NCBI GenBank assembly: GCA_964570595.1
Contig: CAZMZL010000001.1
Span: 33,653 to 79,986 of the forward strand
Reading direction: 5' to 3'
DNA from: an uncultured Anaerolineaceae bacterium
GTDB taxonomy: Bacteria > Chloroflexota > Anaerolineae > Anaerolineales > E44-bin32
Length of the DNA stretch: 46,334 bases
Under the pieces are notes generated by a model. That model searched no databases. It was not told where the DNA came from and saw only the letters and a list, made by a program, of their open reading frames with translations. How positions within the stretch are numbered: the stretch's first letter is position 1; every line of letters begins with the position of its first letter. The position numbers and the translations under genes were made by a program. Shown in pieces: positions 44,914 through 46,334 of this stretch.

Positions 44914-46334
44914 TTACGGGAGTATCGTAGAGAACACAAAAACCATCGGTCTGCGATGCGTTTCAGAATAAAAGAACTTCGAAAGGTTTTTCTCGATGCG
45001 GGTTTCAAGATCTTTACCGCAGTCGTCCCTGGCGATTTTTTCAATCCGCTGCTTTGCCTGGTTGAAGAGCTTGTCGGCATCTCGGACGAAGACGAACCCT
45101 TTAGAGACGATTTCCGGTTCTGCCGCGAGCCGATTTTTATCGCAATCGACCGTGAGGTGAACGACTACAAAACCTTCGCGCGAGAGCGTTTCACGTTCGC
45201 GCATCACACTGGGGCCAATATCGCCCACACCGCTCCCATCGACAAAGATGTAGCCGCCGGGTATCCGCTCGCCGATCTTCATTTCGCCATTTTGGAACTC
45301 GATCGGTGTGCCGTTTTCGACGGTGGCGATCCGATCCGCAGGAATTCCGATTTCTCGTCCTATGGCAGCGTGCTGTTTCAGGTGGCGGAGTTCGCCATGA
45401 ATCGGGATGAGGTACTTCGGTTTCACAAGTTGGATGAGGAGCTTCATTTCTTCCTGGCTGGCATGACCGGAGACGTGCACGGGCGCAATGGAGTCGTAGA
45501 TAATATCGGCGCCGCGCTGGAACAAACGATTGATGGTCCTGTGCACCATCTCTTCGTTGCCCGGAATAGGAGTCGATGACAGGATTATTGTGTCTCCGGC
45601 CGAGATATCGAATCGGCGGTTGCGGCCCGTTGATAGACGCCCAAGTATGGATGACGGTTCCCCCTGCGTGCCTGTGCACATGAGAACGACCTTGGACGGC
45701 TTCATGTCCAGAGCCTGATCCAGATTGACGATGAGCCCGTCGGGCACGTTGAGGTAGCCAAGTTTGCGCGCCATCTTGGCATTCTCGACCATGCTGGTTC
45801 CCACAAAGGCAAGCGACCGATTGTGCCGCTCGGCGGCGTTGGCGACCTGCTGCATCCTTGAGATGAGAGAAGCGAAGGTCCCAATCAGGATACGACCTTT
45901 GGCCTGGCGAAAAACAGTGTCAAAAGCCGGGTCAATTACTGCTTCTGAGGGCGTCCATCCGGGATCGTCGGCATTCGTTGAATCAGCCAGAAGCGCCAGG
46001 ACACCCCTCGATCCGAATTCGCCCAATTTACCGAAATCGGTGGGTTTCCCGTCCACGGGTGTGTGATCGAATTTGTAGTCGCCCGAATGGATGATGAGGC
46101 CGGCGGGCGTGGTGATGCCGAGGCCGACGCCGTTGGGAATAGAGTGACACACCTGAAAAAACTCGAGCCCGAATGGCCCTATCTGGATTTCATCCCCGGC
46201 AGAAATCGTGTTTAAGTCCGCCTGACCGAGCATGCCGCCCCTGCTCAGTTTGACCTCAAGCAGACCACGGGTGAGTTCTGTGGCATAGATCGGGACATTG
46301 AACTCTTCGAGTACGTGGCGAATGGCGCCCGTAT
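44914..46334 (-). CDS. rnj: Ribonuclease J (metallo-beta-lactamase/beta-CASP), N-terminus outside the window
   Basis: HSGDYKFDHTP, ADSTNA, PVHVSGHASQEE, IPIHGE motifs. The reading frame stays open to the right edge beyond the ORF-track Met at 46233. Confidence 0.9.
   Translation of the reverse strand, partial: TGAIRHVLEEFNVPIYATELTRGLLEVKLSRGGMLGQADLNTISAGDEIQIGPFGLEFFQVCHSIPNGVGLGITTPAGLIIHSGDYKFDHTPVDGKPTDFGKLGEFGSRGVLALLADSTNADDPGWTPSEAVIDPAFDTVFRQAKGRILIGTFASLISRMQQVANAAERHNRSLAFVGTSMVENAKMARKLGYLNVPDGLIVNLDQALDMKPSKVVLMCTGTQGEPSSILGRLSTGRNRRFDISAGDTIILSSTPIPGNEEMVHRTINRLFQRGADIIYDSIAPVHVSGHASQEEMKLLIQLVKPKYLIPIHGELRHLKQHAAIGREIGIPADRIATVENGTPIEFQNGEMKIGERIPGGYIFVDGSGVGDIGPSVMRERETLSREGFVVVHLTVDCDKNRLAAEPEIVSKGFVFVRDADKLFNQAKQRIEKIARDDCGKDLETRIEKNLSKFFYSETHRRPMVFVFSTILP

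Noticed and set aside
1-46334. Search for CRISPR arrays, IS elements, integrases, prophage or toxin-antitoxin/defence genes
   Set aside because: I found no regularly spaced direct repeats, no transposase/integrase/recombinase-like ORFs, and no flanking tRNA or long direct repeats around the glycan locus. Nothing supports a mobile or defence island.

Overview
The window is 46.3 kb of bacterial chromosome at roughly 55-58% GC, densely coding, with no rRNA, tRNA, CRISPR array or transposase/integrase that I can see. The gene style (T-box leader, PFOR, Gmad2 and PT-linker lipoproteins, many ATGA/TAATG coupled genes) suggests a Chloroflexota/Anaerolineae-like organism, but that is inference only. 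1-18.3 kb is housekeeping: a DHOD-like gene divergent from pyruvate:ferredoxin oxidoreductase, a coupled SPT-like alpha-oxoamine synthase + extended SDR pair, serS behind a Ser(UCC) T-box leader, DUF456, HEAT-repeat, Trm112-like and VanW proteins, a Gmad2 lipoprotein, an M32 carboxypeptidase, a 2-hydroxyacid dehydrogenase and rpiB. 18.3-39.8 kb is a single-strand surface-glycan locus of about 21 kb: wecC/wecB, a WcaB-like acetyltransferase, four GT4 glycosyltransferases, a PglC-like initiating transferase, a sugar formyltransferase, an MDR::Gfo/Idh/MocA bi-domain oxidoreductase, a heparinase II/III-like protein and three unknown proteins. It ends in the most interesting unit, a 2-oxoacid dehydrogenase E1 alpha/beta pair, then a fusion of lipoyl-like domain + E1/E3-binding domain + NeuD/PglD-type sugar acyltransferase in which the E2 catalytic domain is replaced, then a DegT aminotransferase. 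I read this as a candidate CoA-independent amino-sugar N-acylation module. 40-46.3 kb holds a Cys-motif lipoprotein, a Tat-lipoprotein MsrP without MsrQ, a PT-linker membrane protein, a parvulin PPIase and RNase J (truncated at the window edge). Three long structured non-coding stretches (237-653, about 12900-13440, 41266-41854) remain unexplained. All family calls rest on motif recognition in the translated ORFs; no searches were run.
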